A stretch of DNA of 64,000 nucleotides from a candidate division FCPU426 bacterium (GCA_027452205.1 DAIDGV010000003.1:201399-265398); one strand, 5' to 3'. Counted from the first letter of the stretch, positions 50,210 to 60,172 are shown. Translations and numbers: made by a program. The notes: generated from the letters alone by a model not told the origin.

Positions 50210-50954
50210 GGATCTTCCGCCATATCAGTGCAATGCCCTTCAGGGTCAGGTCGGGCTCAATGGTCTTAAAAAGCCCGGTCTTTTGGAATACGGAGCAGAA
50301 TCCACCCGTGGCGATAGCCGGAGCGGAGGCCGTTTTTAATTCCTTTCGAATACGGGTCAACAGTTCCCGAGTAGTACCGATCGCCCCGTGATAAACACCC
50401 GACCGGACCGCTTCCTCGGTGGTATGGCCGATGGCGAATCGGACCTTTTCGAATTTCACCAGGGGGATCTTCGCGGTGTAATCATGGAGGGCCCTGACCG
50501 AAATGCCTAAGCCCGGCAGGATGGCCCCGCCGAAGTAATTCCCCTGTCGGTCCACCACATCGAAAGTGGTACCCGTCCCATAATCGACCACGATGGCCGG
50601 ATGTCCATAAAGTTCCTTGGCCGCCACCGCGTTGGCCAAACGGTCCGCGCCCACTTGAGCGGGCTTCTTGAGTTTCACCTTCAGGCCCATCGGGGTCCGG
50701 TGATCGACAAAAACGGGTTTTAAATAAAATGCGGCTTGAATGGATCTTTGAACAAAGCCGTCCACAGGCGGCACCACGCTGGCAACAACCACCCCTTTGA
50801 CCGGGGAAAGCCGGGCCAGCTTTTTGGCCCAAACTAGGGCTTTGGAGGAGGAACGGAGCGTGGCCGTGGGCACAATCTCCCTTTTGAGGATAGTCGTTCC
50901 CTTCATCAGGGCCGAGACCGTCCTGGTGTTACCGATCAAAACCGCCCAGATCAT
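50199..50954 (-). CDS. coaX: type III pantothenate kinase
   Basis: ASKHA-fold CoaX motifs (VLIGNTRT, VVDYGTGTTFD), 251 aa. Confidence 0.85.
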   Translation of the reverse strand: MIWAVLIGNTRTVSALMKGTTILKREIVPTATLRSSSKALVWAKKLARLSPVKGVVVASVVPPVDGFVQRSIQAAFYLKPVFVDHRTPMGLKVKLKKPAQVGADRLANAVAAKELYGHPAIVVDYGTGTTFDVVDRQGNYFGGAILPGLGISVRALHDYTAKIPLVKFEKVRFAIGHTTEEAVRSGVYHGAIGTTRELLTRIRKELKTASAPAIATGGFCSVFQKTGLFKTIEPDLTLKGIALIWRKIHEA

Positions 50955-51775
50955 GAACGCCCCTTGGTGCTCTTTTTCTTCAGCAAGACCACATCGCCCG
51001 AAAGCACTTTTCGGGAAAGCCCGTCCTTGTCCGTTACCAACAAAAAACCATGCTCATCGATATCCTTCACTTGTCCCTCAAAGGACCCAGCCCCGTTCTC
51101 GACCAGAACCTTCTGGCCCAAGGTTACGGATCTTTTTCGCCATTCTTTCAGGACCCGGGCGAACTTACCCTCATCCCACCAAGTGCAGGTCTTTTCCAAG
51201 TTTTTCATCAGTTCTCGAAGGAACTCCACCCGGTCCACCTTTTTTCCCGAGGCCCGGTAAAAACTGGTCGCCAAAGCCCGTATCTCCGTCGGAAAGTCTT
51301 GGATGGATTGGTTCAGGTTGATGCCGATCCCTAGGATGACCGAAGACCTATTATCCCGCCGGGGACCCATTTCCGTCAAAATACCGCACAGCTTTTTGCC
51401 CTGGAGCTGGATGTCATTCGGCCATTTGATACCAGGCTGGAGCCCATAGCTTTCCAGGGTCAGGGCCACCCCCACCGCCGCCGCTAAAGTGATACCCGGT
51501 ATCTTGTCAGGCCTCGCTTTAGGATAAAGGATCAAGGAAAAGGCCAGAGCCTTTCCGGGAGAGGTGGTCCATCGCCGCCCCTGTCGGCCACGGCCCTTGG
51601 TTTGGGATTCGGCCAGGACCAGGGTTCCTGACGGCGTTCCCTTTCGGATCAGGTCCCCGGCTATATCGTTCGTCGAGGTCACTTCAGAAAAGGAATAGAA
51701 AGCCCGGCCAAAGCGGTGGCTGCGCAACCCCTTGGCGAAAAGCTCGACCGAAATGGGTGCGGTGCTTACTTTCAA
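50951..51775 (-). CDS. birA: biotin--[acetyl-CoA-carboxylase] ligase
   Basis: BPL catalytic core (QTKGRGRQGRRW, KWPNDI) plus C-terminal SH3-like domain. No N-terminal HTH. Confidence 0.85.
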   Translation of the reverse strand: MKVSTAPISVELFAKGLRSHRFGRAFYSFSEVTSTNDIAGDLIRKGTPSGTLVLAESQTKGRGRQGRRWTTSPGKALAFSLILYPKARPDKIPGITLAAAVGVALTLESYGLQPGIKWPNDIQLQGKKLCGILTEMGPRRDNRSSVILGIGINLNQSIQDFPTEIRALATSFYRASGKKVDRVEFLRELMKNLEKTCTWWDEGKFARVLKEWRKRSVTLGQKVLVENGAGSFEGQVKDIDEHGFLLVTDKDGLSRKVLSGDVVLLKKKSTKGRS

Positions 51776-52614
51776 AGCGGATAGAACTCGATGGAAAAAT
51801 CGATCGAAGGGGCTGAGTGGGTCAAGGCGCCGGAGGAAAAACGGTCCACTTTGAGCGAGGAATATTTGCCGATGTTGGAAAGGGTCAATCCACCCGAAGT
51901 TTCAACCTGCATCTTGCCTTTAACAAGTTTGAGGATACGAGCGAAATCCTTGGGTGAAGCATTATCGACCAAGATGATGTCCGCTCCCGCTCTCAAGGCC
52001 TCGACCGCCTGGTCATAGGTTTCCACCTCGACCTCGATGAATTCTTGGGTGCCATATTTCAGCCGGGCCGCCGAAACCGTCCCGAACACCCCGCCGCCCA
52101 GGCGCAAATGATTGTCCTTAATGAGCACATGACCGGACAAGTTGTAACGGTGATTGGTTCCCCCGCCAACGCGGACCGCGTAACGTTCGAGGGGCCGCAA
52201 AAGCGGGGTGGTCTTGCGGGTATCGTAAAGTTTGCCCTTGGGAAGGACTTTGGCGAATTGGTTCGTTAAAGTGGCAACGCCTGATAAACGACTGAGCAGG
52301 TTGAGCGAAACCCGTTCACCGGATAAAAGGGCTTGAGCAGGCCCTTCGAGCAGAGCCACTTTCATTCCCTTGCGGACCTTGGCCCCTTCTTTTTGTAACA
52401 GCTTTACTTTTACACGCTTGTCCAAAAGCCCATAGATTTCTTTCACCAAAGGCAGACCCGCTAAAACACCTTCGGCCTTGGCCAACACTTCCCCCCGGGC
52501 CCGTGCAGAGGAAGAAATGACCGCTTTCGATGTGCGATCATTCCAAACCCCATCCTCTTTCAGGGCTTCACGCAGGAAAGAGCGAGTCAACTTCCAATCA
52601 AAGTTTTCTTTCAA
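51772..52614 (-). CDS. nadC: nicotinate-nucleotide diphosphorylase (quinolinate phosphoribosyltransferase)
   Basis: 280 aa with QAPRT motifs (ALKEDGVWNDRT N-terminus, GGGTNHRYNLSGHVLIKDNH). TTG start per ORF track. Confidence 0.9.
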   Translation of the reverse strand: MKENFDWKLTRSFLREALKEDGVWNDRTSKAVISSSARARGEVLAKAEGVLAGLPLVKEIYGLLDKRVKVKLLQKEGAKVRKGMKVALLEGPAQALLSGERVSLNLLSRLSGVATLTNQFAKVLPKGKLYDTRKTTPLLRPLERYAVRVGGGTNHRYNLSGHVLIKDNHLRLGGGVFGTVSAARLKYGTQEFIEVEVETYDQAVEALRAGADIILVDNASPKDFARILKLVKGKMQVETSGGLTLSNIGKYSSLKVDRFSSGALTHSAPSIDFSIEFYPL

Positions 52615-52651
52615 TTAACGACCTCAAATCATCAGGATTCAGTCCACTAAC

Positions 52652-53500
52652 CTAACCCACCATATATCTTTCCACTTTACTCGGTGCGGCGTTCATCAGG
52701 TAAACGGTGTCGTTTTGGCAGCCGATATATACAGAAGTTCCATCGTCACTGAGGGCTGGTTTGCCGATGGTCGGGCTATAAACACGGCTGGTCCAAAGGG
52801 GGGTCACTGAAGAAGTGGTTGGCAAGGCCGGGAAACAATATAAAACGCCGTCATTGGAGCCAACAATGACGGCATCGGTGCTCGTTCCGTTTTGGATCAA
52901 CCCTTCCGTCGGTGAGGACAAAATGGCGTCGCTGGTCTGGTATTGCCAGATCAGGTTTCCGTTGATATCCATCGCACGGAACATACCGTCACTGGACCCA
53001 AAGTAAACCCGGCTATTCGTGCCCTCTCTTAAAACAGCGGGGCTGGAGTAAATTTCACCCTGGGTTTGGTAGCTCCAGCGTTGACTGCCATCAAAGGTAT
53101 TGAGGGCCAAAAGCTTGCCCTGGGTAGTCCCAACGAACAAAACCCCTTGATTTGTGGCACTTTCAGCGCCATTCAAGCCGGTAAAAGGCGCGTCAGGGAC
53201 CGTGTTTGAGCCCAGATCCAGCACCGCCGGAGGGGATGAATAGGTCACATTGGGCTGACCCAAGGGTGACACCCATTTTTGTTGGAAGAAAGGGTTATCG
53301 AGATGTTGGTTAAAGCCGGTGTTATCGGGGTTATAGCGGTATTGCACCCAGGAATTAGGATTCGAGGGCGTGAGCGTGGCCGTGGGCGTGTTTTGAGCAA
53401 AAGCCGGAGCCGTTGCAAAAAAAATAAAAAAACAAACAGTTATAAAAAACCGTTTATTTTCTTCCGCCTTAAAATATTGACGTCTTATATTTTTCAACAA
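52652..53500 (-). CDS. secreted PQQ-like beta-propeller repeat protein
   Basis: Signal peptide. Repeated (V/I)(Y/F).G(S/T).DG.(L/F)(Y/R)A(L/M)D motifs. Confidence 0.6.
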   Translation of the reverse strand: MLKNIRRQYFKAEENKRFFITVCFFIFFATAPAFAQNTPTATLTPSNPNSWVQYRYNPDNTGFNQHLDNPFFQQKWVSPLGQPNVTYSSPPAVLDLGSNTVPDAPFTGLNGAESATNQGVLFVGTTQGKLLALNTFDGSQRWSYQTQGEIYSSPAVLREGTNSRVYFGSSDGMFRAMDINGNLIWQYQTSDAILSSPTEGLIQNGTSTDAVIVGSNDGVLYCFPALPTTSSVTPLWTSRVYSPTIGKPALSDDGTSVYIGCQNDTVYLMNAAPSKVERYMVG

Positions 53501-53547
53501 CTCTATCCATTCAGATATCAGGTCAATTATTCAGAAACCTAATACCG

Positions 53548-53787
53548 TCAAAAATTCTTAATCATTAAATAAACACCCAAAACCGTAATCACCGTTCCCA
53601 AAATATAATTTCTGACACGCATCAAATTTTCAGATGTATTCATATTCCAAAAATCATTGATTTCACAAAACATTTTCGAAATCCTTCTATTGAAAATTAG
53701 AAAAAAAAACCCTGCTAAAAAAAACGCAAAGGATTCAAAAAAATAAATTTTTCCCAAAAACCAATTACCCATTTTCAACATCTCCAT
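53548..53787 (-). CDS. AT-rich small two-TM membrane protein; candidate immunity protein for the adjacent RHS C-terminal toxin
   Basis: 79 aa with 2 hydrophobic helices. About 30% GC. Sits 11 nt after the RHS gene stop. Confidence 0.4.
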   Translation of the reverse strand: MEMLKMGNWFLGKIYFFESFAFFLAGFFFLIFNRRISKMFCEINDFWNMNTSENLMRVRNYILGTVITVLGVYLMIKNF

Positions 53788-53798
53788 AAAAATTATAG

Positions 53799-55202
53799 CT
53801 ATCTGTTATCCGTTCCATCCCATTCCGTGTTTTGGTTATAGGGCGCATTTGGCGGTATCACAAACCGGGTTGGCTGATACTGGATAGAAGGATAAACTGT
53901 AACAACTCCCCCACTCAGTCCAAGCGTACCAGCGCCAAATTCGGTTGAACTAGGCGGTTGAAAAACAGGCGTGCCCTGATTAAAGGTTATTTGTCCACCT
54001 GTAGATGCTGCCCCACCAGCTGCTAAACCCGCAGTCCAATAATCGCCAGGAGTTGGCACACTATTCATAGAACCCGTTAGGGAGATTCCAGGCCCAAAAG
54101 CACCTGCCCCCAAATACGGTATTATCAAACCAGTGTCAGATTGAATTATTATCCCGGCTGTCACTCCAATATAATCGTTGCCAAAACTGACATTCAGATT
54201 GTTATAACCTGGTGGCACCGTAGATCCCGGCGCATTGGAAGTTGCCGCAACTGGATAACTAAGATTATTACCAGATCCATCGTTAGTAGTTGGCGTTGGT
54301 GTAGCTGTAGATGTTTGCATACCTGTTGACGTTGCGGTTGGCGGACACAATCCCAAGAAATCTATGCCGTTAATTGGATTATTGAAAACATATCCATAAA
54401 GATTCAAACCGCCTCTAATGTCCACTGAATCTTGCGTCATAAATCTGCCAGCGTTTGGGTCATACCAACGGTTGCGCATGTAAGTTAAACCAACCGAAGC
54501 CTCGTTTTCCGAACCCATTTTCCCAATAAACTGATAGTGATTGTCCCTGGTGTTTCCTCCGCTCAAGGTCGTACCAAAAGCGTCATAACGATAGCTGTCT
54601 GAAATATTCCCGCCCGCGTCCGTGACATTCGCCACGGAAGCCAACCCATCAAAGTGGAAATAACTCACCCGAGGGATGTAGTTGGTTTTGGGGGTAAATA
54701 TCTGGGACAAATTAACGGTATGAACCACGTTATTGGCCGTTTGGCCTTCGTTGCCGTCTTGATCCACCACGCTTCCCTTGCTCCACAAGTATTGATGGGT
54801 GTCTGGTTCGCCCTTGGGACCGGCTTGGGTATTACTGATCTTCATACCCGTATAGTCATAGCCATAAATAAAGTGTTGGCCGTTATACAAAGTAGCTGTC
54901 GTTAAACGGTTTTCCGTGTCATAGGTATAGGTCGTGGTTTGGCTGGTCGAAGTATCGGTCTTGGTCAGCGGGTTTCCATTGCCGTCGTAGGTGTAGCTCA
55001 CCGTACCGGCCGTCAACAACTTGTTCGCCGCGTCATAGCCATAAGTGGTCGTGATGGCCCCCACCGTCATACTGGACCGGTTACCCGCGTTGTCATAGTT
55101 ATAGCTGACCGCCTTCAAAGTGCGGTCATTCCATGCTCCGTCCTCTTTCAAGGCTTCGTATAAAAAAGGATGAGTGGACTTCCACATGATTTTTTTGGTC
55201 AT
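53799..55202 (-). CDS. RHS/YD-repeat C-terminal fragment with RHS core (DPxGL) and variable Gly/Thr/Ser-rich C-terminal domain; N-terminal 32 aa derived from nadC
   Basis: YD repeats (YTYDGNGNPLT, YTYDTENRLT, YGYDYTGM). Core NRWYDPNAGRFMTQDSV...NPINGIDFLGL. C-terminal 182 aa are low-complexity and glycine-zipper-like. First 32 aa (MTKKIMWKSTHPFLYEALKEDGAWNDRTLKAV) parallel the NadC N-terminus. Confidence 0.75.
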   Translation of the reverse strand: MTKKIMWKSTHPFLYEALKEDGAWNDRTLKAVSYNYDNAGNRSSMTVGAITTTYGYDAANKLLTAGTVSYTYDGNGNPLTKTDTSTSQTTTYTYDTENRLTTATLYNGQHFIYGYDYTGMKISNTQAGPKGEPDTHQYLWSKGSVVDQDGNEGQTANNVVHTVNLSQIFTPKTNYIPRVSYFHFDGLASVANVTDAGGNISDSYRYDAFGTTLSGGNTRDNHYQFIGKMGSENEASVGLTYMRNRWYDPNAGRFMTQDSVDIRGGLNLYGYVFNNPINGIDFLGLCPPTATSTGMQTSTATPTPTTNDGSGNNLSYPVAATSNAPGSTVPPGYNNLNVSFGNDYIGVTAGIIIQSDTGLIIPYLGAGAFGPGISLTGSMNSVPTPGDYWTAGLAAGGAASTGGQITFNQGTPVFQPPSSTEFGAGTLGLSGGVVTVYPSIQYQPTRFVIPPNAPYNQNTEWDGTDNR

Positions 55203-55203
55203 A

Positions 55204-57867
55204 TCAGTTCTCGAGAAACTTCAAGTTGTGGTCGATCCGGACGATCTTGTCCTTGGTTTCTCGCAACTTTGTCTTTTCACCATCGATCAGTTCCGCTGGC
55301 GCATTCTTGACGAATTGCTCATTGGCCAACTTGCCTTGGATGGATTGGACATATTTTTCGAGCTTTTGCTTTTCCTTGATCTGTTTGGCGGCCTCGGCCT
55401 TGATATCGATGAGCCCTTCCAGATGGATATAGACCTCACCGCCCTTCACCACCGCCAAAGAAGTTTTGGGAGGGCGTGAAGAAGCCAACGAGATGTCGTT
55501 TACACGACAAAGGGTCTTCAAAATGGCCGACACTTGGGAGGCTGGATCGAACTTCACACTATCCCCATGGGTGGAAAGCTTCAGTTGGGCCGAAGGCGGT
55601 ACATTCAGCTCGCTGCGGCTGGTGCGAATAGCCGTCACCACTTCTTGCAAGAACTCGAATTCAGCCACGGCTTTTTCATCCATCGGATAATCCGATGATT
55701 TGGGCCAAGAGGCCTTCATGATGGTTTCGGGATGGCCAGGCAGCTTTTGCCAAAGTTCTTCGGTCACAAAAGGCATCACCGGGTGCAGCAAGCGTAATAC
55801 GCCGTCAAACACCGTCAAAATGACCGATGCGGCCAGTTTCTTTTCTTCAGAATTGGCTTCGGCATAAAGCCGAGGCTTGACCGATTCCAGATACCAGTCG
55901 CAAACCTCGTTCCAAAGGAAGCGATAGAGGGTCGCGGACAGTTCAGCCACTCGGTATTTTTCGTAATCCGGCGTCACCGAGGCGATGGTCTGGCTCAAAC
56001 GGGTCAATATCCATTTGTCTTCCAGCCTCAGCTTGTTCCAATCCGCTTTTTGCAGTGGCTTCACTTCGGTCCCATCCTCGAGTCCCATCAGTACGAACCG
56101 GGTGGCGTTATAAAGCTTATTCACGAAATTCCGGGACGATTCCAACTTTTGAGGGGTCAAGGCCACATAGCGCTGCTTGGTCTCGATGCTGGTCAAGGTA
56201 AAGCGCAGGGCGTCGGTACCGTACTTGTCGATCATGTCCAAGGGGTCCACCACATTGCCCTTGGATTTGGACATTTTCTTGCCCTCTTCATCGGCCACCA
56301 GCGAATAGATATAGACCTCTTTGAAAGGCACCTTGCCCATGAACTTGATGCCCATCATCATCATGCGGGCGACCCAGAAGAAGAGAATGTCCCAACTGGT
56401 CACGAGGACCGATGTCGGATAGAAAATTTCCAAGTCCTTCGTTTTTTCAGGCCAACCCAGGGTGGAAAAGGGCCAAAGGCCGGAGGAGAACCAGGTATCC
56501 AACACATCCGGATCCTGCTCAAAGCGGGTCTGTTGGCACTTAGGACACTCTTTGGGAACGCTCGTCGCAGCTACTTGGGTCGAGCAGTTGGCGCAGGTGT
56601 AGACCGGAATGCGGTGACCCCACCAAATTTGTCGGCTAATGCACCAGTCCTGGATGTTGTTGAGCCACTTCTCATACTCACCGCGCCACATCTCGGGCAC
56701 GAACTTGGTTTCACCCTTATCCACCGCCTCCAATGCCTTTTCGGCCAGGGGTTTCATCTTCACGAACCATTGTTTGGAATAAAAAGGTTCCACCACCGTA
56801 TCGCAACGATAGCAATGTCCCACGTTGTTCTCATGGGGCTCGATCTTGATGAGAAATTCCTTCTCTTCCAGGTCCGCCACGATCTTCTTACGGGCCACGA
56901 AACGGTCCATGCCCTGATAAGCGCCCGCGTTCTCATTGAGCGTGCCATCCGGGTTGAGGATATTGATGCGTTCCAGGTTATGCCGCACACCCACCTGAAA
57001 GTCGTTGAAATCATGGGCTGGAGTGATCTTCACCACACCTGTTCCGAATTCCTTATCGACATAATCGTCCGCGATGACCGGAATGGCCTGGTTGACCAGG
57101 GGCAAGGTCACTTTCTTGCCCACCAAGGACTTATAACGCTCGTCCATCGGGTTCACCGCCACCGCCGTATCACCCAAGAGGGTTTCCGGACGGGTGGTCG
57201 CCACTTCGAGAAACTTCGTCGGGTCATCCACATAAGGATAACGGATGTGATAGAAGTTACCGTTCTTCGGTTTATGGGTCACCTCGATGTCCGACAAGGC
57301 CGTGCGGCAATGCGTACACCAGTTGATCAGCTTGTAATCCTGATAGATGAACTTTTCATTGAAGAGTGTGATGAAAACTTCTTGAACGGCCTTAGAGAGA
57401 CCCTCGTCCATGGTGAAACGTTCCCGGGACCAATCGCAGGAACAGCCCATAGTGCGGATCTGCTTCATAATGCGGGCCCCGTACTTCTCTTTCCACTCCC
57501 ACACTTTTTGGATAAAAGCTTCCCGGCCCAAGTCATAACGGGTTTTGCCTTCCGTCTTCGCCAGTTCCCTTTCCACCACGTTCTGGGTGGCGATACCCGC
57601 GTGGTCGCAACCCGGCAACCAAAGCACATTGAAACCGTTCATGCGTTTGAAACGGGCCAAAGCGTCCTGCAGGGTGTCGTTCAATGCATGGCCCATATGT
57701 AGGCTACCCGTCACGTTCGGCGGCGGGATGACCATACAAAAAGCGGGCTTATCGGTGGTCTGGGAGGCCTTGAAAATGCCGGACTTTTCCCAAACGTCGT
57801 ACCAACGGGCCTCGACCTCTTTGGGTTCATAGACCGGGGGTAAGGAAAATTCGTTCGTCTTGTCCAT
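55204..57867 (-). CDS. valS: valine--tRNA ligase
   Basis: HMGH and KMSKS class-I motifs, editing domain, C-terminal coiled coil, 887 aa. Confidence 0.95.
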   Translation of the reverse strand: MDKTNEFSLPPVYEPKEVEARWYDVWEKSGIFKASQTTDKPAFCMVIPPPNVTGSLHMGHALNDTLQDALARFKRMNGFNVLWLPGCDHAGIATQNVVERELAKTEGKTRYDLGREAFIQKVWEWKEKYGARIMKQIRTMGCSCDWSRERFTMDEGLSKAVQEVFITLFNEKFIYQDYKLINWCTHCRTALSDIEVTHKPKNGNFYHIRYPYVDDPTKFLEVATTRPETLLGDTAVAVNPMDERYKSLVGKKVTLPLVNQAIPVIADDYVDKEFGTGVVKITPAHDFNDFQVGVRHNLERINILNPDGTLNENAGAYQGMDRFVARKKIVADLEEKEFLIKIEPHENNVGHCYRCDTVVEPFYSKQWFVKMKPLAEKALEAVDKGETKFVPEMWRGEYEKWLNNIQDWCISRQIWWGHRIPVYTCANCSTQVAATSVPKECPKCQQTRFEQDPDVLDTWFSSGLWPFSTLGWPEKTKDLEIFYPTSVLVTSWDILFFWVARMMMMGIKFMGKVPFKEVYIYSLVADEEGKKMSKSKGNVVDPLDMIDKYGTDALRFTLTSIETKQRYVALTPQKLESSRNFVNKLYNATRFVLMGLEDGTEVKPLQKADWNKLRLEDKWILTRLSQTIASVTPDYEKYRVAELSATLYRFLWNEVCDWYLESVKPRLYAEANSEEKKLAASVILTVFDGVLRLLHPVMPFVTEELWQKLPGHPETIMKASWPKSSDYPMDEKAVAEFEFLQEVVTAIRTSRSELNVPPSAQLKLSTHGDSVKFDPASQVSAILKTLCRVNDISLASSRPPKTSLAVVKGGEVYIHLEGLIDIKAEAAKQIKEKQKLEKYVQSIQGKLANEQFVKNAPAELIDGEKTKLRETKDKIVRIDHNLKFLEN

Positions 57868-57887
57868 TGAAAGCTCGCTTTATTGGA

Positions 57888-58469
57888 TTACTGCGGCCGG
57901 CTGGCCGCTCCGCCCAGGTCCGCCGTGCCCAAGGCGTAATGCCCCGCCAAGGTCGGCGCGTCTTGCCCGTCCACCAACACCTTCACCTGTTTGATCTCGT
58001 AAAAATTCTGGCTCAAGGATTCGATCAGTCCCCGGATGAACAGCACCTCTTCGTAGAACCCAAAATGACCCGGGTCGATCTGCGCGGTTGAAACGTCTAC
58101 TACCGCGGTACCCTGGGGCGTGAAATAGAACTCGTTCAACTTCAGTCCCTCCGGCACGGGCACTTGGTCTTTACCGGTGCGGGGGCCATTCAAGAAGGCC
58201 AGCAGTAACTGCCGCATTTGATTGACCCGGCTCTTGCTCAAATAGATGGTTGTTTGCAGGTTGAACAAGCGGCCATTGTCCATTTCCACCGCTTTGACGA
58301 AGACCTTGCTGGGTTTGTCGCCCGGTTCGTAGAGCGGGGCGTTCCCCGTATTATGGGCCAACTCGGTCTTTTTGCCTCCGTGCCGCAGAACAAACCACAA
58401 GCCGCCGACCAACAAAAAGAACAGAACAACGACAACGGTAACTTTGATCACTGGGAATTTGGATGTCAT
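57888..58469 (-). CDS. GerMN-domain membrane-anchored protein
   Basis: N-terminal TM then GerMN-like domain. Overlaps and is co-oriented with the upstream amidase gene, a common pairing. Confidence 0.55.
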   Translation of the reverse strand: MTSKFPVIKVTVVVVLFFLLVGGLWFVLRHGGKKTELAHNTGNAPLYEPGDKPSKVFVKAVEMDNGRLFNLQTTIYLSKSRVNQMRQLLLAFLNGPRTGKDQVPVPEGLKLNEFYFTPQGTAVVDVSTAQIDPGHFGFYEEVLFIRGLIESLSQNFYEIKQVKVLVDGQDAPTLAGHYALGTADLGGAASRPQ

Positions 58470-59230
58470 TTCGTGGCCCCTCCCGGCGTCGTGGACGCGG
58501 CCAAGGGAATCTGAAGATAAACGCTGACGCCTTGCACCACCTTAGCGGCGAAATCCTCCACCGCCTTATCTTCGGAAAACTTCTTTAGGTCCGAAGGCGA
58601 GGTCAAGAAAAGCGGGGTCAGTACCACTGCGGGCTTATTCAAATTACGCAGACTTTGGTGGGGCAAACAAGCGATCCGGCCATAGGGGTTCACCGTCTCC
58701 CCGCCCGTGCCACGGCTATCCGACAGGTCCGATAAGGAACCATCGATCCCCAGCTTGGCCGCCAAGTCCTGGGCCAATTTTAAACTCGCGCGATATTCGG
58801 CACCAGTGATCTGGCCCAAGGGTTGGATGCTGTCCAGTGGCACCAAGCCCATTTGGTTGGGCGGCTCCACCACAATGAAGGGACCGTTCTGGGTATGGGT
58901 CCACTCCCTGTCCGCATGCAGGACCAGGACCACCCGGGCCTTGGAGGAATTGATCTGGTTCATTCGTTCTTCGGGGTCCAATGCCTCATCCGAAGTGCGG
59001 GTTTGGATGACCTGATAGCCCGCCGCCGAAAAGGCTTTTTCCAAAGCCTCGGAGAATTTTAAGTTCCATTCTTTTTCGGTTTCGGTCCCTTCTTGAACGC
59101 CTTTATCGGACCCACCGTGGGCCGCATCGATGACGATTTGAGGCCTGTTCTCTGTATCCGCATGACACCAAGCGGCGCCCAAAAACACCGAGAGGGAGAA
59201 AAGGATGGAATACAGCGAAGCTTTCTTCAC
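58466..59230 (-). CDS. N-acetylmuramoyl-L-alanine amidase (Amidase_3 family)
   Basis: Signal peptide. IVIDAAHGGSDKG...E zinc-binding motifs of the AmiA/B/C family. Confidence 0.8.
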   Translation of the reverse strand: MKKASLYSILFSLSVFLGAAWCHADTENRPQIVIDAAHGGSDKGVQEGTETEKEWNLKFSEALEKAFSAAGYQVIQTRTSDEALDPEERMNQINSSKARVVLVLHADREWTHTQNGPFIVVEPPNQMGLVPLDSIQPLGQITGAEYRASLKLAQDLAAKLGIDGSLSDLSDSRGTGGETVNPYGRIACLPHQSLRNLNKPAVVLTPLFLTSPSDLKKFSEDKAVEDFAAKVVQGVSVYLQIPLAASTTPGGATK

Positions 59231-59266
59231 GTTAGAGCCTTTAAAGGAATGTGATAAGCGAACAGG

Positions 59267-60172
59267 CTATTTGCCTTGAAATACGCCCATGGCACGGAAC
59301 TTTTTATACCGCTGCTCTTCCAGGGCCTTGGCGCTTAAACCCTTCAAACCGTCCAATTCCTTCTCAACGGCTTTTTTCAGGTTCTTGGCCGAGGTGTCAT
59401 AGTCCAATTGAGCCCCGCCTTCGGGTTCCGGGATGATGCCGTCGATGATCTTGAAGGACAAAAGGTCCGGGGCCGTCAATCGCAACACGTCCGAGGCCTG
59501 TTGCGTCCGTTCCCGGTCGTTCCAGAGGATAGCCGCGCAGCCTTCCGGTGAAATGACTGAATAAATGGAGTTTTCCATCATCAACACTTTATTAGCCACC
59601 GCGATACCCAAAGCCCCGCCACTGCCGCCTTCCCCGATGATGACCGAAACGATCGGCACCTTGAGCTTGGCCATTTCGAGCAAATTACGGGCGATCGCCT
59701 CGGCCTGGCCCCGTTCTTCGGCACCCAGCCCGGGGTAAGCCCCGGGGGTATCAATAAAGGTCACAATGGGCCGTTTGAACTTTTCAGCCAATTTCATGAG
59801 ACGTAAGGCCTTGCGGTACCCTTCCGGGTGGGGCATGGCGAAATTACGGCGGATATTCTCTTTGGTATCCCGGCCTTTTTGCTGGCCGATGACCACCACG
59901 GGATGACCGCTCAAATAAGCGAAACCGGAAACAATGGCGTGATCGTCGCTGAAGGCCCGGTCCCCATGGATCTCGCTGAACTCAGTGAAACACTTTTGGA
60001 TGTAATCCAGGGCAAAAGGACGCTGCGGGTGTCGGGCCAACTGGACCCTTTTCCAAGCCAGCGAAGCCGTCGTTTCCGCCTTGGCGGGTTTCTTTAGGAT
60101 TTTCAATGTGAGGCCTTTCCCGTAAAAATGAGGGCTCATTATAAGCAGGCCTGATAAAGGGTGGCAAGGCAC
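59267..60172 (-). CDS. accA: acetyl-CoA carboxylase carboxyltransferase subunit alpha
   Basis: [58 protein letters not shown] motifs. N-terminus is short relative to E. coli AccA and the start is uncertain (60172 or 60139). Confidence 0.85.
   Translation of the reverse strand: MPCHPLSGLLIMSPHFYGKGLTLKILKKPAKAETTASLAWKRVQLARHPQRPFALDYIQKCFTEFSEIHGDRAFSDDHAIVSGFAYLSGHPVVVIGQQKGRDTKENIRRNFAMPHPEGYRKALRLMKLAEKFKRPIVTFIDTPGAYPGLGAEERGQAEAIARNLLEMAKLKVPIVSVIIGEGGSGGALGIAVANKVLMMENSIYSVISPEGCAAILWNDRERTQQASDVLRLTAPDLLSFKIIDGIIPEPEGGAQLDYDTSAKNLKKAVEKELDGLKGLSAKALEEQRYKKFRAMGVFQGK

Noticed and set aside
50482-50832. 116-aa minus-strand ORF inside coaX in another frame (Gly/Arg-rich)
   Set aside because: Alternative-frame artefact within a gene whose primary frame has clear CoaX motifs.
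56050-57702. 550-aa plus-strand ORF
   Set aside because: It lies entirely antisense within valS, whose product aligns end-to-end with ValS. No motifs; typical long antisense ORF in a GC-balanced gene.
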